Assembly: GCF_049295055.1 (NCBI RefSeq) | Contig: NZ_JBAQQF010000053.1 | Span: forward strand, 61,871-125,870 | Origin: Psychrobacter sp. | GTDB lineage: Bacteria > Pseudomonadota > Gammaproteobacteria > Pseudomonadales > Moraxellaceae | Direction of reading: 5' to 3' | DNA: 64,000 bases | Part shown: piece by piece, positions 37,975 to 48,142 of the stretch | Layout: every line of letters starts with the position of its first letter | Numbering within the stretch: position 1 is the stretch's first letter | Notes under the pieces: generated by a model | What the model saw: the letters and a program-made list of their open reading frames with translations, nothing else | Databases searched by the model: none | Told to the model about the DNA's origin: nothing | Translations under genes and position numbers: made by a program

Positions 37975-38083
37975 AGGACGTACGCAGCGGCTAAAATTAG
38001 CCAAACATTTCCTCTGAATCTCATTTAAAATAGCGCCACCGTTATTTTTTAAGAATAATCGTCTAAAATATATAGGAACCCTT

Positions 38084-39179
38084 ATGGAAATCAATCCGTA
38101 TCAAGAAAGAATTAAAGACTTATCTGAGCGTGGGCAGGACTTGCGGAGGTATCTTTGACTTCGATGGCAAGCAAGAACGCTTAGAAGAAGTCAATTTGGA
38201 ACTAGAAAACCCTGAGCTATGGAATGATCCAGAACGCGCGACTAAGATTAATAAAGAAAAAAGTCAGCTTGATGGGGTGATTGATGTCGTGGTGTCGCTT
38301 GAAACCACTTTGGAAGATGCGGCTGCGATGCTGGAGCTTGCAGTGGATGAAGATGACGAGTCATTACTTGCCGATGTACAAGCTGAATTAGATGATGCTG
38401 AAAAGCGCGTTGCCGATTTAGAGTTCCGCCGGATGTTTAGCGGTGAGATGGACCCCAATAATTGCTACTTGGATATTCAGTCGGGCAGTGGCGGCACCGA
38501 AGCGCAAGATTGGGCGGAGATGCTACTGCGTATGTACACGCGCTGGGCAGAAACGCACGGTTTTAAAGTAGACGTTATCGAAGTATCTGCTGGTGGTGTG
38601 GCGGGTATCAAGTCAGCAACGATTGAGATTAAAGGCGATTATGCTTTTGGTTGGCTACGTACCGAAATTGGTGTTCATCGCCTAGTACGTAAATCACCGT
38701 TTGATAGTAATAATGGTCGTCATACTTCATTTGCAGCAGTATTTGTGTCACCTGAGATTGATGATAATATCGAGATTGATATCAATCCGGCAGATTTGCG
38801 CATTGATACTTATCGCTCATCTGGCGCAGGTGGTCAGCACGTAAACACTACCGATTCTGCGGTACGTATCACCCACGAACCGACTGGTGTGGTGGTAACT
38901 TGTCAAAACGAGCGCAGCCAGCATGGTAACAAAGCAACGGCAATGAAAATGCTACGTGCCAAGCTTTATGAGCTTGAGATGCAAAAGCGGATGGAGTCAC
39001 AACAAGCGGTCGAAGATGGTAAGTCTGACGTTGGTTGGGGTAGTCAAATTCGCTCTTATGTACTCGACGACTCACGTATTAAGGATTTACGTACTGGCGT
39101 TGAAACTTTTAATACCGGTGCAGTACTCGATGGCGACCTCGATCAATTTATTGAAGCGAGTCTAAAAGCGGGTCTTTAA
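38084..39179 (+). CDS. prfB: peptide chain release factor 2, expressed through a programmed +1 frameshift: join(38084..38155,38157..39179)
   Basis: Frame 0 reads [24 protein letters not shown] then TGA at 38156-38158. The +1 frame continues [12 protein letters not shown]... and carries SPF (KSPFDS) and GGQ ([19 protein letters not shown]). The combined length is about 364 aa. Confidence 0.95.
38146..38159 (+). other. prfB +1 frameshift site (internal SD-like GGAGG, then UAU CUU UGA C)
   Basis: The sequence is cGGAGGtatCTTTGAc, identical in logic to the classical RF2 autoregulatory site. Confidence 0.9.
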
Positions 39180-39228
39180 CTATTGATATCGTTTTTTAAA
39201 ATTAAACAAAAGCTACTTAGGAAAAATT

Positions 39229-39513
39229 ATGCCAAGTGTTAATAACTATTTTGATGATAAAGTCACTTCTATTGCCTTTCAGACGAGCACTCTCCCTGCC
39301 ACTGTTGGAGTAATGGAGATTGGTGAGTACGAGTTTGGCACTAGCGAATTTGAAACGATGAGCGTGGTTAGCGGTGCATTAACCGTTAAATTACCAGAGA
39401 GCGACGAATGGCAAACGTTTAATGCTGGCGAGCAGTTTACTATTGACGCCAACCAGAAATTTCAAGTAAAAGTTGCAGTGGAAACGGCTTATTTATGTGT
39501 TTATGGTAAATAG
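39229..39513 (+). CDS. ppnP: pyrimidine/purine nucleoside phosphorylase PpnP (DUF1255)
   Basis: A 94-aa [20 protein letters not shown]...; size and N-terminus are typical of PpnP/YaiE. Confidence 0.85.
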   Translation: MPSVNNYFDDKVTSIAFQTSTLPATVGVMEIGEYEFGTSEFETMSVVSGALTVKLPESDEWQTFNAGEQFTIDANQKFQVKVAVETAYLCVYGK

Positions 39514-39544
39514 CTTTTTAAGATAAAACAGTCGTCAAACAATT

Positions 39545-39577
39545 AACGCCAAGGGTTTAGCGCTTGGCGTTTTTTTA
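39545..39577 (+). terminator. Rho-independent terminator after ppnP
   Basis: AACGCCAAG ggtttagcg CTTGGCGTT followed by TTTTTT. Confidence 0.8.
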
Positions 39578-39642
39578 TGGCTATTGAATTTTGGTTTGAT
39601 ATATAGCCGATATCCAATAAAACAGATACATTATTTTATAAC

Positions 39643-39725
39643 GTGAGACTAGGATGAGTTTTTCTGGCTTACTATGCCTACGCCGACAGAGGCTGCAAAA
39701 AATTCATCCTAGTTCCGTTGTATCG
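39643..39725 (+). repeat. copy B of the ~80-nt hairpin-forming intergenic repeat
   Basis: It aligns with 22607-22690. The arms ACTAGGATGAGTTTTT / AAAAATTCATCCTAGT pair at 15 of 16 positions. Confidence 0.6.
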
Positions 39726-39760
39726 TTTTTACATTGAGCTCACTATAGAGTGCCCTTACA

Positions 39761-40237
39761 TTATAAACTCTTCCTATATTGAATCATATCTGTCTTGGTC
39801 GCTAGCGTGTCATAAAGGCGGCGTGCGGCTGTATTGTCTTCTTGGGTCGTCCAATAAACACGGTTGCAGTTCTGCTGGCGCGCAAACGCATAGACATGCT
39901 CAATCAATGCCCGTCCTACGCCTTGCCCACGTACCGATTCATTTACATACAAGTCCTCTAAATAGCAGCATTCAGTGGTATTCCAAGTATTGGGATGTAG
40001 CACTACATGAGTGATGCCTACTAATACGTCATTTTGCCAAGCACCAAATCCATAAATAGGCATACTGCTATCGAGCACATTGTGCCACGTTACATTCGTC
40101 GTTTCTAACGGCAAGCTGCTCTCATAAAATCTAAGATAGCTTTGCCATAAGTCGAGCCAAAGCTCGTAATTGTCTTTAGATAATGGCGCTATTTTTAAAG
40201 AGCGATTGGTTGAGTTTGTAAGAGTGGGATTTGTCAT
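39761..40237 (-). CDS. GNAT-family N-acetyltransferase
   Basis: A 158-aa ORF with the acetyl-CoA binding motif VNESVRGQGVGRALIEHV. Confidence 0.85.
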   Translation of the reverse strand: MTNPTLTNSTNRSLKIAPLSKDNYELWLDLWQSYLRFYESSLPLETTNVTWHNVLDSSMPIYGFGAWQNDVLVGITHVVLHPNTWNTTECCYLEDLYVNESVRGQGVGRALIEHVYAFARQQNCNRVYWTTQEDNTAARRLYDTLATKTDMIQYRKSL

Positions 40238-40410
40238 ATTAGTGGTGTCTCCAGTAAATTATCTTAAATTATGCCTTAGCGACTAAAATCCACAAGCCTT
40301 TTATCGGTTTTATTTTACACAGGATTACACATTGTCCATGGCAAGTACACAGCAATGATAATGGCAGTTGATTATGCTAAAACAACGATATTATCAAATG
40401 AGTATTTTTT

Positions 40411-41544
40411 ATGGCGAAGTCAAATCAACCAACCAATACGCAAGATATACGCCATGATTATGAGCACTTAGCGAGCCTAGCGAATTTGCGTTATGCCAAT
40501 GACGATGAGCCTGGTTATGGGCGCAGACGTTGGGGGCGCGGCTTTAGTTATCGAGACGTTACTGGCAAGACTGTCAAAGACAAGGCTCTGCGCCAGCGCT
40601 TTGATGCCTTGGTGATACCGCCGATGTGGTCAGAAGTGTGGATATGCCATGATGACAAAGGGCATCTACAATCGACAGGGCGGGATGATAAAGCGCGTAA
40701 GCAGTATTTATATCATGCAGAGTGGGATCGCGTTCGAGATCAGGCTAAATTTAATGCCATGATTGGGTTTGCAGAGGCGTTACCAGCGTTGCGCGCGCAA
40801 GTTGAGAAAGATTTAGAAGCGCCGCCACTATCGCGTGATAATGTGTTGGCAGCAGTGGTCAAATTGCTTGAGACTACCTTAATCCGTATCGGTAATAGCC
40901 GCTATGCTAAGCTCAATAAAAGCTATGGTTTGAGTACCTTACGCAGCAAGCATGTGAGCGAAACTGACAATGGACTGGCTTTTGACTTTGTCGGTAAAAG
41001 TGCTAAGACCCATCATATTGAGTTACAAGATGAGCGTTTAATTGACATTATCCAAGCCTGTTCTGAGCTGCCAGGCTATCAGATTTTTAAATACTTAGAT
41101 GAACAAGGTGATAAACAAGTGGTGGATAGTGCTGATATCAATGACTATCTGCGAGCGCATACCTGTGGTAATAAGTGTAACAGTGAAAGCTATAGCGGCA
41201 ATTTATACAGTGCAAAAGACTTTCGTACTTGGATGGCAAGTGTGTTGGCAGCAAGCTACCTTTATGATGAGCTGCAAACCAAGTCTGGCAAACTAATTTT
41301 AGCCAGTGCACCTGATAGTAAAGAGCGCCAGCAACTGGTAACTGATATGGTGAAAAGTGTTGCTGATGAGCTGGGCAATACGCCTACCGTCTGCCGGGCT
41401 TCTTATATTAACCCTATTGTCATTGAGCAGTTTTTAGCAGGGCAGTTTTTTGAGCCTTATAAACAAGCACGCCGTGGACGTACTAAGCAATATCAAAGCT
41501 GTGAAGAGAAGGCATTGCTTGGATTTTTAAGTACTTTACAGTAA
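40411..41544 (+). CDS. DNA topoisomerase IB (bacterial, poxvirus-like)
   Basis: A 377-aa ORF with N-terminal GYGRRRWGRGFSY, a central LSTLRSKHV, and a C-terminal catalytic-Tyr context CRASYINP. Confidence 0.8.
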   Translation: MAKSNQPTNTQDIRHDYEHLASLANLRYANDDEPGYGRRRWGRGFSYRDVTGKTVKDKALRQRFDALVIPPMWSEVWICHDDKGHLQSTGRDDKARKQYLYHAEWDRVRDQAKFNAMIGFAEALPALRAQVEKDLEAPPLSRDNVLAAVVKLLETTLIRIGNSRYAKLNKSYGLSTLRSKHVSETDNGLAFDFVGKSAKTHHIELQDERLIDIIQACSELPGYQIFKYLDEQGDKQVVDSADINDYLRAHTCGNKCNSESYSGNLYSAKDFRTWMASVLAASYLYDELQTKSGKLILASAPDSKERQQLVTDMVKSVADELGNTPTVCRASYINPIVIEQFLAGQFFEPYKQARRGRTKQYQSCEEKALLGFLSTLQ

Positions 41545-41746
41545 ACCTTTATTAAGTAAATATCTTTAGCAAATTATAAGAATGATACGTTATGTATTGA
41601 AATAATTATAAAAATACGTTACTAATAGAGCGTATGCCATTTAAAATATTTAAACGGTTAATAGAATATGACTGTTTTACAGTTTTTATTATTATTTCTA
41701 AATCTCTGGTTTTTTCAGTGATTCTCGATTGCTAAAGGATTAGCTT

Positions 41747-43453
41747 ATGAATACCTCATCTATAGAAACCACAGTAAATACTGTCGATACCATAAAAAGT
41801 TATAACGATTATTATCATAATTTTGATATGGATACCTTATTGACAGAAATATTTGGCGAGCATTTAGACGACCGCCTCAATGCTTATGTGGCCTGCTGTG
41901 GTCGTCATGTACGTGATGGTCGCGGTGATAATATCGCACTGGTGCATGAAGATACCGCTGGCAAGATTACCCGTATGAGTTTCGGTGAGCTGGATAAAGC
42001 AAGTGCACAAGTTGCCAATTTATTACAGTCTTATGGCGTGCAAGCGGGCGACCAAGTGGCGACTATGCTACCGCGTACCCCTGAGCTACTCACGATTGTA
42101 TTAGCCACTTGGCGGATTGGTGCAGTCTATCAACCGCTATTCACCGCCTTTGGTTATGACTCTATTAAGTATCGGATGGATAAGGCTAATACCAAGGTTG
42201 TTTTTACCAATCAAGAAAATCGTGGCAAGTTTGACGACTTGGCTAAGCAAACCAAAATGGTGTTGGTTGGTAGTAAGGTAGATGCGCAAAGCTGGGGTGA
42301 TGATAACTATGCTGAAAAGATATCGAAGCAGCCGCAAACGGTAGACGCTGTTATTTTGAGTACGGATGCACCGTTTTTACAGATGTTTACCTCGGGTACG
42401 GTTGGTAAATCAAAAGGGGTCAGCGTACCACTTGCTGCCTTATCTTCGTTCTATCTATACATGCGTTACGCGATTGATTTACGCGAAGACGATAACTACT
42501 GGAATATGGCAGATCCAGGTTGGGCATACGGTCTGTACTATGCGATTACAGGACCTTTATTATTAGGGGTCACAACGTATTTTAATGAAGCGGGCTTCGA
42601 TGCACAAAATACGCGCGACTTTATGGTACGCCATAAGATTAGTAATTTGGCGTCCTCACCGACGGCATTTCGTATGATGAAATCAAGCGGTGTGTTTGAA
42701 AGTGCTCACGATGATGCTAATGTTAATGCCGAGGCTAAATTATCGCTGCGCTGTGCCAATTCAGCAGGTGAGACCTTAAATACTGAAGTGGTTAGTTGGG
42801 TAGAAACCTATCTTAACTGTAAGGTTTTCGACCAGTACGGACAGACAGAAACCGGCATGACTTGCTGTGAGCACCATGCATTGGAACATAAACGTCCTGT
42901 TGGCTCAATGGGTATGGCGCTACCTGGTCATACACTGGTGGTCTTAGATGATGACATGCAAGTGTTACCTGATGGTGAGCAAGGACAATTGGCAGTGGTG
43001 GTCAGTCAATCACCAGCGTTTTATTTCCGCGGCTATAGCTGGAATGAGAAAGATGCCTTTTTTGAAGATTACTATCTAACAGGCGATGTAGTCGAGCGTC
43101 ACACTGACGGCAGTTATTGGTTTTCAGGGCGTGATGATGACATTATTACTACCGCAGGCTATCGAGTAGGACCGACTGATGTTGAAAATACGGTGCTTGA
43201 GCATGAAGCGGTTGCAGAGTCAGCGGCAGTTGGCGTGCCAGACGAAGTGCGCGGTCATACGATTAAGTCTTTTGTAGTGTTAAAAGATGGTATCGAAGGA
43301 ACCGATGAGCTGGCTCAGCAAATCAAAGACTTAGTACGTGAGCGTTTATCTACTCATGCTTATCCCCGTGAAGTTGAGTTTGTTGCAGCATTACCAAAGA
43401 CGCCAAGTGGCAAAATTCAGCGCTTTTTGCTGCGCAGTTTATCTGCTGGATAA
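41747..43453 (+). CDS. AMP-forming acyl-CoA synthetase
   Basis: A 568-aa ORF with the AMP-binding motif FTSGTVGKSKGV, YGQTE, TGD, and the C-terminal PKTPSGKIQR. Confidence 0.88.
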   Translation: MNTSSIETTVNTVDTIKSYNDYYHNFDMDTLLTEIFGEHLDDRLNAYVACCGRHVRDGRGDNIALVHEDTAGKITRMSFGELDKASAQVANLLQSYGVQAGDQVATMLPRTPELLTIVLATWRIGAVYQPLFTAFGYDSIKYRMDKANTKVVFTNQENRGKFDDLAKQTKMVLVGSKVDAQSWGDDNYAEKISKQPQTVDAVILSTDAPFLQMFTSGTVGKSKGVSVPLAALSSFYLYMRYAIDLREDDNYWNMADPGWAYGLYYAITGPLLLGVTTYFNEAGFDAQNTRDFMVRHKISNLASSPTAFRMMKSSGVFESAHDDANVNAEAKLSLRCANSAGETLNTEVVSWVETYLNCKVFDQYGQTETGMTCCEHHALEHKRPVGSMGMALPGHTLVVLDDDMQVLPDGEQGQLAVVVSQSPAFYFRGYSWNEKDAFFEDYYLTGDVVERHTDGSYWFSGRDDDIITTAGYRVGPTDVENTVLEHEAVAESAAVGVPDEVRGHTIKSFVVLKDGIEGTDELAQQIKDLVRERLSTHAYPREVEFVAALPKTPSGKIQRFLLRSLSAG

Positions 43454-43541
43454 ATATGTGTTGTAGACAATATTTTACGCTGAGAATTTAAGAATAATTA
43501 GCCAGTTAACCTATTATAAAATAATACATTAGGATTAAATT

Positions 43542-44330
43542 ATGCATATTGAAGACAAAAGCTTTTTGGTAACCGGTGGCGCATCAGGGTTAGGTGAAGC
43601 AGTCGTGCGCGCTATCATCGCTCAAGGTGGCAAGGTGGTCATCGCTGATTTGAATGAATCGGCTGGGCAAGCTTTAGTTGATGAGTTGGGAGATAGCGCC
43701 CGTTTTATCCGTTGTGATGTGACCAGTGGCGAAGAAGTACAAGCGGCTGTTGATTTAGCGGAACAAGCATTTGGTGGCTTAAAGGGTTCGATCAACTGTG
43801 CTGGTATCGCTGTGGTACAAAAACTCTTAGACCGCGACAATAATCCAGCAGATCTCGATGCCTTTAGCCGCGGCGTTACTATCAATCTTGTCGGTTCTTT
43901 TAACGTGGCGCGTTTAGTTGCGGCTAGTATTGCGCGCCGAGTTGCTGCGGCAAAAGACAGTGGTAATACAAAGAAGAATGTCGATCAAGGTATCATTATT
44001 AATACGGCCTCTATTGCCGCCTTTGATGGGCAAGTCGGGCAAGCAAGCTATGCATCGTCAAAAGCGGGTGTGGTCGGTCTGACATTACCGCTGGCTCGTG
44101 AGCTGACACGTCATGGTATTCGTGTGATGGCTATTGCACCAGGCGTATTTGCTACCCCAATGATGGATACTATCCCTGATAAGGCTCGTGAGCAGTTAGA
44201 AATGGCAGTGCCTTATCCTAAGCGTCTGGGCGAACCGAGTGAGTTTGCCAAACTGGTACTACATATTATTGACAATAGTTATCTAAATGGAGAAGTGATT
44301 CGCTTAGACGGTGCGATTCGTATGGTGTAA
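43542..44330 (+). CDS. short-chain dehydrogenase/reductase, 3-hydroxyacyl-CoA dehydrogenase type-2-like
   Basis: A 262-aa ORF with TGGASGLG and the catalytic YASSKAG. Confidence 0.85.
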   Translation: MHIEDKSFLVTGGASGLGEAVVRAIIAQGGKVVIADLNESAGQALVDELGDSARFIRCDVTSGEEVQAAVDLAEQAFGGLKGSINCAGIAVVQKLLDRDNNPADLDAFSRGVTINLVGSFNVARLVAASIARRVAAAKDSGNTKKNVDQGIIINTASIAAFDGQVGQASYASSKAGVVGLTLPLARELTRHGIRVMAIAPGVFATPMMDTIPDKAREQLEMAVPYPKRLGEPSEFAKLVLHIIDNSYLNGEVIRLDGAIRMV

Positions 44331-44455
44331 TAGGGTGTTGGACATTTAATAGCGAAGCTTTACGCGCTATTCATATAACTTGCACAATACGTGGCATGGT
44401 TTTTTGCTATCTTATAGGTAATAATTTTATCTATTCATTATAAGAAGCAAAAACC

Positions 44456-45034
44456 ATGTCATTTTTTTATTTAACGACTTATAAAAATACTCGTGGGTTA
44501 CTAGCGGCTGTCGTGCTTGCTATAGTAGCGATTATAAGCAGCAGTGCCAGTGCTGCTATGGCTTCTACTAAGAACAGCTTGAACAATACAGACGCCATTC
44601 CTAAGAATGTCATTATTGATAAAGTGTTTGTCGATAAGTCCAAGCGTATTCTGCAGTTATTAAGTGATAACAAAGTTATTAAAACTTATCATGTTGCGTT
44701 AGGTGGTAATCCGACAGGCCATAAGCAGAAACAAGGTGATAGTCGCACACCAGTAGGCAGTTATAATTTAGATTATAAAAATGAGAAATCTAAATTTTAT
44801 CGCTCTATCCATGTCAGTTATCCAAATGCAGCTGATAAGGCATTTGCTAAAAAACTGGGCGTCAGTCCTGGCGGTGATATTATGATTCATGGACAGAAGA
44901 ATGGCTTTGGTGCACTGGCTTCAATTACTCAGAAGCTGGACTGGACGGAAGGCTGTATCGCAGTTACCAATGATGAAATAGATGAAATCATGGCGGCGGT
45001 TAAGGTTGGTATTGCTATTGAAATCATCGAGTAA
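44456..45034 (+). CDS. L,D-transpeptidase (YkuD-domain) protein
   Basis: A 192-aa ORF with a signal peptide and the catalytic IMIHG...TEGCIAV. Confidence 0.85.
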   Translation: MSFFYLTTYKNTRGLLAAVVLAIVAIISSSASAAMASTKNSLNNTDAIPKNVIIDKVFVDKSKRILQLLSDNKVIKTYHVALGGNPTGHKQKQGDSRTPVGSYNLDYKNEKSKFYRSIHVSYPNAADKAFAKKLGVSPGGDIMIHGQKNGFGALASITQKLDWTEGCIAVTNDEIDEIMAAVKVGIAIEIIE

Positions 45035-45264
45035 GGCAGTTGGCTTGTTGTCTATTAATCCACTTTTTTAACCGTACTGTTAATTATCACGCCTTTAGTT
45101 GTTGTGCTTTTAATTGTCGTGCTTGTAATTATCGTATTTTAAATTATACAGGCATTCATCTTCCTTTTATTTCTCATCTTTGTTCTTAAAAACTCCTTTC
45201 GTTTCAGTCATTAATCCATAACGACTAATATCATTGTTATTAGTAAGGTTTATCGTATTGGTCA

Positions 45265-45293
45265 GTTGAAATTTTCCACGACATACCACATAT
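45265..45293 (+). promoter_or_regulatory. sigma-32 (heat-shock) type promoter of clpB
   Basis: GTTGAAA-N14-CCACATAT against the consensus CTTGAAA-N13-15-CCCCATNT, about 80 nt upstream of the clpB ATG. Confidence 0.55.
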
Positions 45294-45374
45294 ATATAAC
45301 AGTTGACGGTAAGCGCTATTTGATAAAGGGCTGCCAGATATAGATATTAATACTAATTATAAAAGGATACCAAT

Positions 45375-47972
45375 ATGAGATTTGAGAAATTTACCCAAAA
45401 ACTGCAATCTGCTATTCAAGAAGCACAAAGTTTGGCACTAGGGCGTGACCATACGGGGATAGATCCAGTACATTTGCTCGCGGTCTTATTACAAGACGAG
45501 GCTAACTTATCTATCTGTCAGCAAGCCGGTGCTTCTATTCCAGCGCTAAAGAACGGCGTGGCAAAAGCATTGGACAATCAAGCAACGATTTCGGAGCCGA
45601 CAGGCGACGTTAATCTCAATCCGAATTCGGTCAAGATTTTGAACTTGGCAGACCGCCAAGCGCAAAAAGAAGGCGATGATTTTATCGCGACTGAATGGGT
45701 GATACTGGCACTCGCTGAACAAGGCGACACCAAAAAGATATTTGAAAAAGCTGGCGTGACGGCAAGTAAATTAAAAGCGGTGATTGAGCAATTGCGCGGT
45801 GATGATACTGTAAACAATCAAAACGCCGAAGATCAGCGTGATGCACTGAATAAATATACGATTAACTTAACGGAGCAAGCAGAGCTAGGTAAGCTTGATC
45901 CGGTGATTGGTCGTGATGAAGAGATTCGCCGTACCATTCAAGTATTGTCACGCCGTACCAAGAATAACCCGGTACTTATCGGTGAGCCGGGTGTTGGTAA
46001 GACGGCTATTGTCGAAGGGTTAGCGCAAAAAATCATCAATGGCGATGTGCCAGAAGGTTTGCGTCATAAAGAAGTATTGTCTCTAGATTTAGGCTCACTG
46101 ATAGCAGGTGCGAAGTTCCGTGGTGAGTTTGAAGAGCGCCTCAAAGCAGTACTTAGCGACTTATCAAAGCAAGAAGGCAATGTCATTCTATTTATCGATG
46201 AATTGCATACACTAGTCGGTGCCGGTAAAGCGGATGGCGCGATGGATGCAGGTAATATGTTAAAGCCTGCGCTAGCACGAGGCGAGTTACATTGCGTCGG
46301 TGCGACGACTCTCGATGAATATCGCCAATATATCGAAAAGGATGCCGCACTTGAGCGTCGTTTCCAAAAAGTGCTGGTTGATGAACCAACGGTCGAAGAC
46401 ACTATTGCGATATTGCGTGGTCTAAAAGACCGTTATGAGCTGCATCATGGCGTTGTTATTCAAGATAGCGCAATTATTGCCGCTGCTCGTATGAGCCACC
46501 GTTATATCACCGATCGCAAGCTACCGGATAAAGCGATTGATTTAATTGATGAAGCCGCGAGTCGTCTGCGTATGGAGATGGACAGCAAACCTGAAGCATT
46601 GGGTAAGCTCGATAGCCGCCGTATTCAGCTAAAAATGCAGCGTGAAGTGCTCAAAAATGAAGAAGATGCGGGCGCGCAAGCAGAGCTTAAAATATTAGAT
46701 GCTCAGATCGAAGAGCTAGAGAAAGAGTATGCAGATCTTAATGAGATTTGGCAGGCTGAAAAGGCGTTAGTCGAAGGCAGTAAACAGCATAAAGAAAACT
46801 TGGATAAAGCCCGTATTCAGTTAGAGAAAGCCACGCGTGATGGCGATTATGCAGAGATGTCTCGATTACAATACGGTGTCATACCTGAACTTGAAAAACA
46901 AATTGCTGATATTGATTCGGCTGAGCAAAAAGAGCAAACGGGCGAGCCAATCATTGTAAAATTGCTGCGCAATAAAGTCACCGATCATGAGATTGCCGAA
47001 GTCGTTGCCGCAGCAACAGGTATTCCGGTTAATAAAATGATGCAAGGCGAGCGTGACAAGATGTTGGCAATGGAAGAAAAACTCCATGAGCGCGTCATTG
47101 GTCAAGATGAGGCAGTCGAAGCGGTAGCTAATGCCGTGCGTCGTAGTCGTGCTGGCTTGTCTGATCCGAATCGTCCATCAGGTTCGTTCTTGTTCTTAGG
47201 ACCTACGGGTGTTGGTAAGACTGAGCTGACTAAGTCACTAGCGAACTTCTTATTTGATAGTGAAGATGCGATTGTTCGTATCGATATGAGCGAGTATATG
47301 GAGAAACACAGTGTCAGTCGTTTGGTCGGCGCGCCTCCAGGCTATGTCGGTTATGAAGAGGGTGGCGCTTTGACGGAAGCGGTACGCCGTAAGCCTTATA
47401 GTGTGATTTTGTTTGATGAAGTCGAAAAAGCGCATCCTGATGTGTTTAATATCTTGCTACAGGTATTGGACGATGGTCGCTTAACGGATTCACAAGGTCG
47501 CGTCGTTGACTTTAAAAACACCGTCATTATTATGACCAGTAACTTGGGTTCGCACAAAATCCAAGAAATGGTTGGTGAGAGCTATGAAGACATCAAAGCG
47601 GAGGTGATGGAAGCAGTTGGACAGCATTTCCGTCCAGAGTTTGTAAACCGTATCGATGAGATTGTGGTCTTTCATCCACTTGGTCTGTCGCAGATGTCAG
47701 GTATTGCTGCGATTCAGTTGGATCGCTTGCGTCAGCGTTTACATGAGCGAGAGTTAGACATCGAGTTATCAGCGGATGCTATGAACAAGCTAGTGGCAGT
47801 TGGTTACGATCCTGTATACGGTGCGCGTCCACTAAAACGTGCTATCCAGCAAGAGATTGAAAACCCATTATCATTGAAACTGCTAGCAGGTGACTTTGTC
47901 GCTGGTGATATCATCAAAGTCGATGTCGGTGCTGATGATAAGCTGACCTTTAATAAGCTTAGAATGAGCTAA
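45375..47972 (+). CDS. clpB: ATP-dependent chaperone/disaggregase ClpB
   Basis: An 865-aa ORF with two AAA modules (GEPGVGKT and GPTGVGKT) and a long coiled-coil middle domain. Confidence 0.97.
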   Translation: MRFEKFTQKLQSAIQEAQSLALGRDHTGIDPVHLLAVLLQDEANLSICQQAGASIPALKNGVAKALDNQATISEPTGDVNLNPNSVKILNLADRQAQKEGDDFIATEWVILALAEQGDTKKIFEKAGVTASKLKAVIEQLRGDDTVNNQNAEDQRDALNKYTINLTEQAELGKLDPVIGRDEEIRRTIQVLSRRTKNNPVLIGEPGVGKTAIVEGLAQKIINGDVPEGLRHKEVLSLDLGSLIAGAKFRGEFEERLKAVLSDLSKQEGNVILFIDELHTLVGAGKADGAMDAGNMLKPALARGELHCVGATTLDEYRQYIEKDAALERRFQKVLVDEPTVEDTIAILRGLKDRYELHHGVVIQDSAIIAAARMSHRYITDRKLPDKAIDLIDEAASRLRMEMDSKPEALGKLDSRRIQLKMQREVLKNEEDAGAQAELKILDAQIEELEKEYADLNEIWQAEKALVEGSKQHKENLDKARIQLEKATRDGDYAEMSRLQYGVIPELEKQIADIDSAEQKEQTGEPIIVKLLRNKVTDHEIAEVVAAATGIPVNKMMQGERDKMLAMEEKLHERVIGQDEAVEAVANAVRRSRAGLSDPNRPSGSFLFLGPTGVGKTELTKSLANFLFDSEDAIVRIDMSEYMEKHSVSRLVGAPPGYVGYEEGGALTEAVRRKPYSVILFDEVEKAHPDVFNILLQVLDDGRLTDSQGRVVDFKNTVIIMTSNLGSHKIQEMVGESYEDIKAEVMEAVGQHFRPEFVNRIDEIVVFHPLGLSQMSGIAAIQLDRLRQRLHERELDIELSADAMNKLVAVGYDPVYGARPLKRAIQQEIENPLSLKLLAGDFVAGDIIKVDVGADDKLTFNKLRMS

Positions 47973-48008
47973 TAGTAAACTCTAGCTATCGTTTTAAACG
48001 TTATATTG

Positions 48009-48047
48009 AACCCCTTACTTGCAATAAATAAGTAAGGGGTTTTTTTA
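48009..48047 (+). terminator. Rho-independent terminator after clpB
   Basis: CCCCTTACTT gcaataaat AAGTAAGGGG followed by TTTTTTT. Confidence 0.85.
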
Positions 48048-48142
48048 TGCGCAATGATTGTTTTACTGCCTGAATGTTTTTACTGTGTTATAAATAGCCT
48101 AAGCTCTAATAATATGACTGCAAAATTAATGGAGATAATAAA

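Noticed and set aside
38130-38156. ORF-track start MGRTCGG for the RF2 reading frame.
   Set aside because: This is an artefact of the +1 frameshift. The real gene starts at 38084 in frame 0.
39718-40014. 98-aa plus-strand ORF.
   Set aside because: It is antisense to a well-supported GNAT gene and begins inside repeat copy B.
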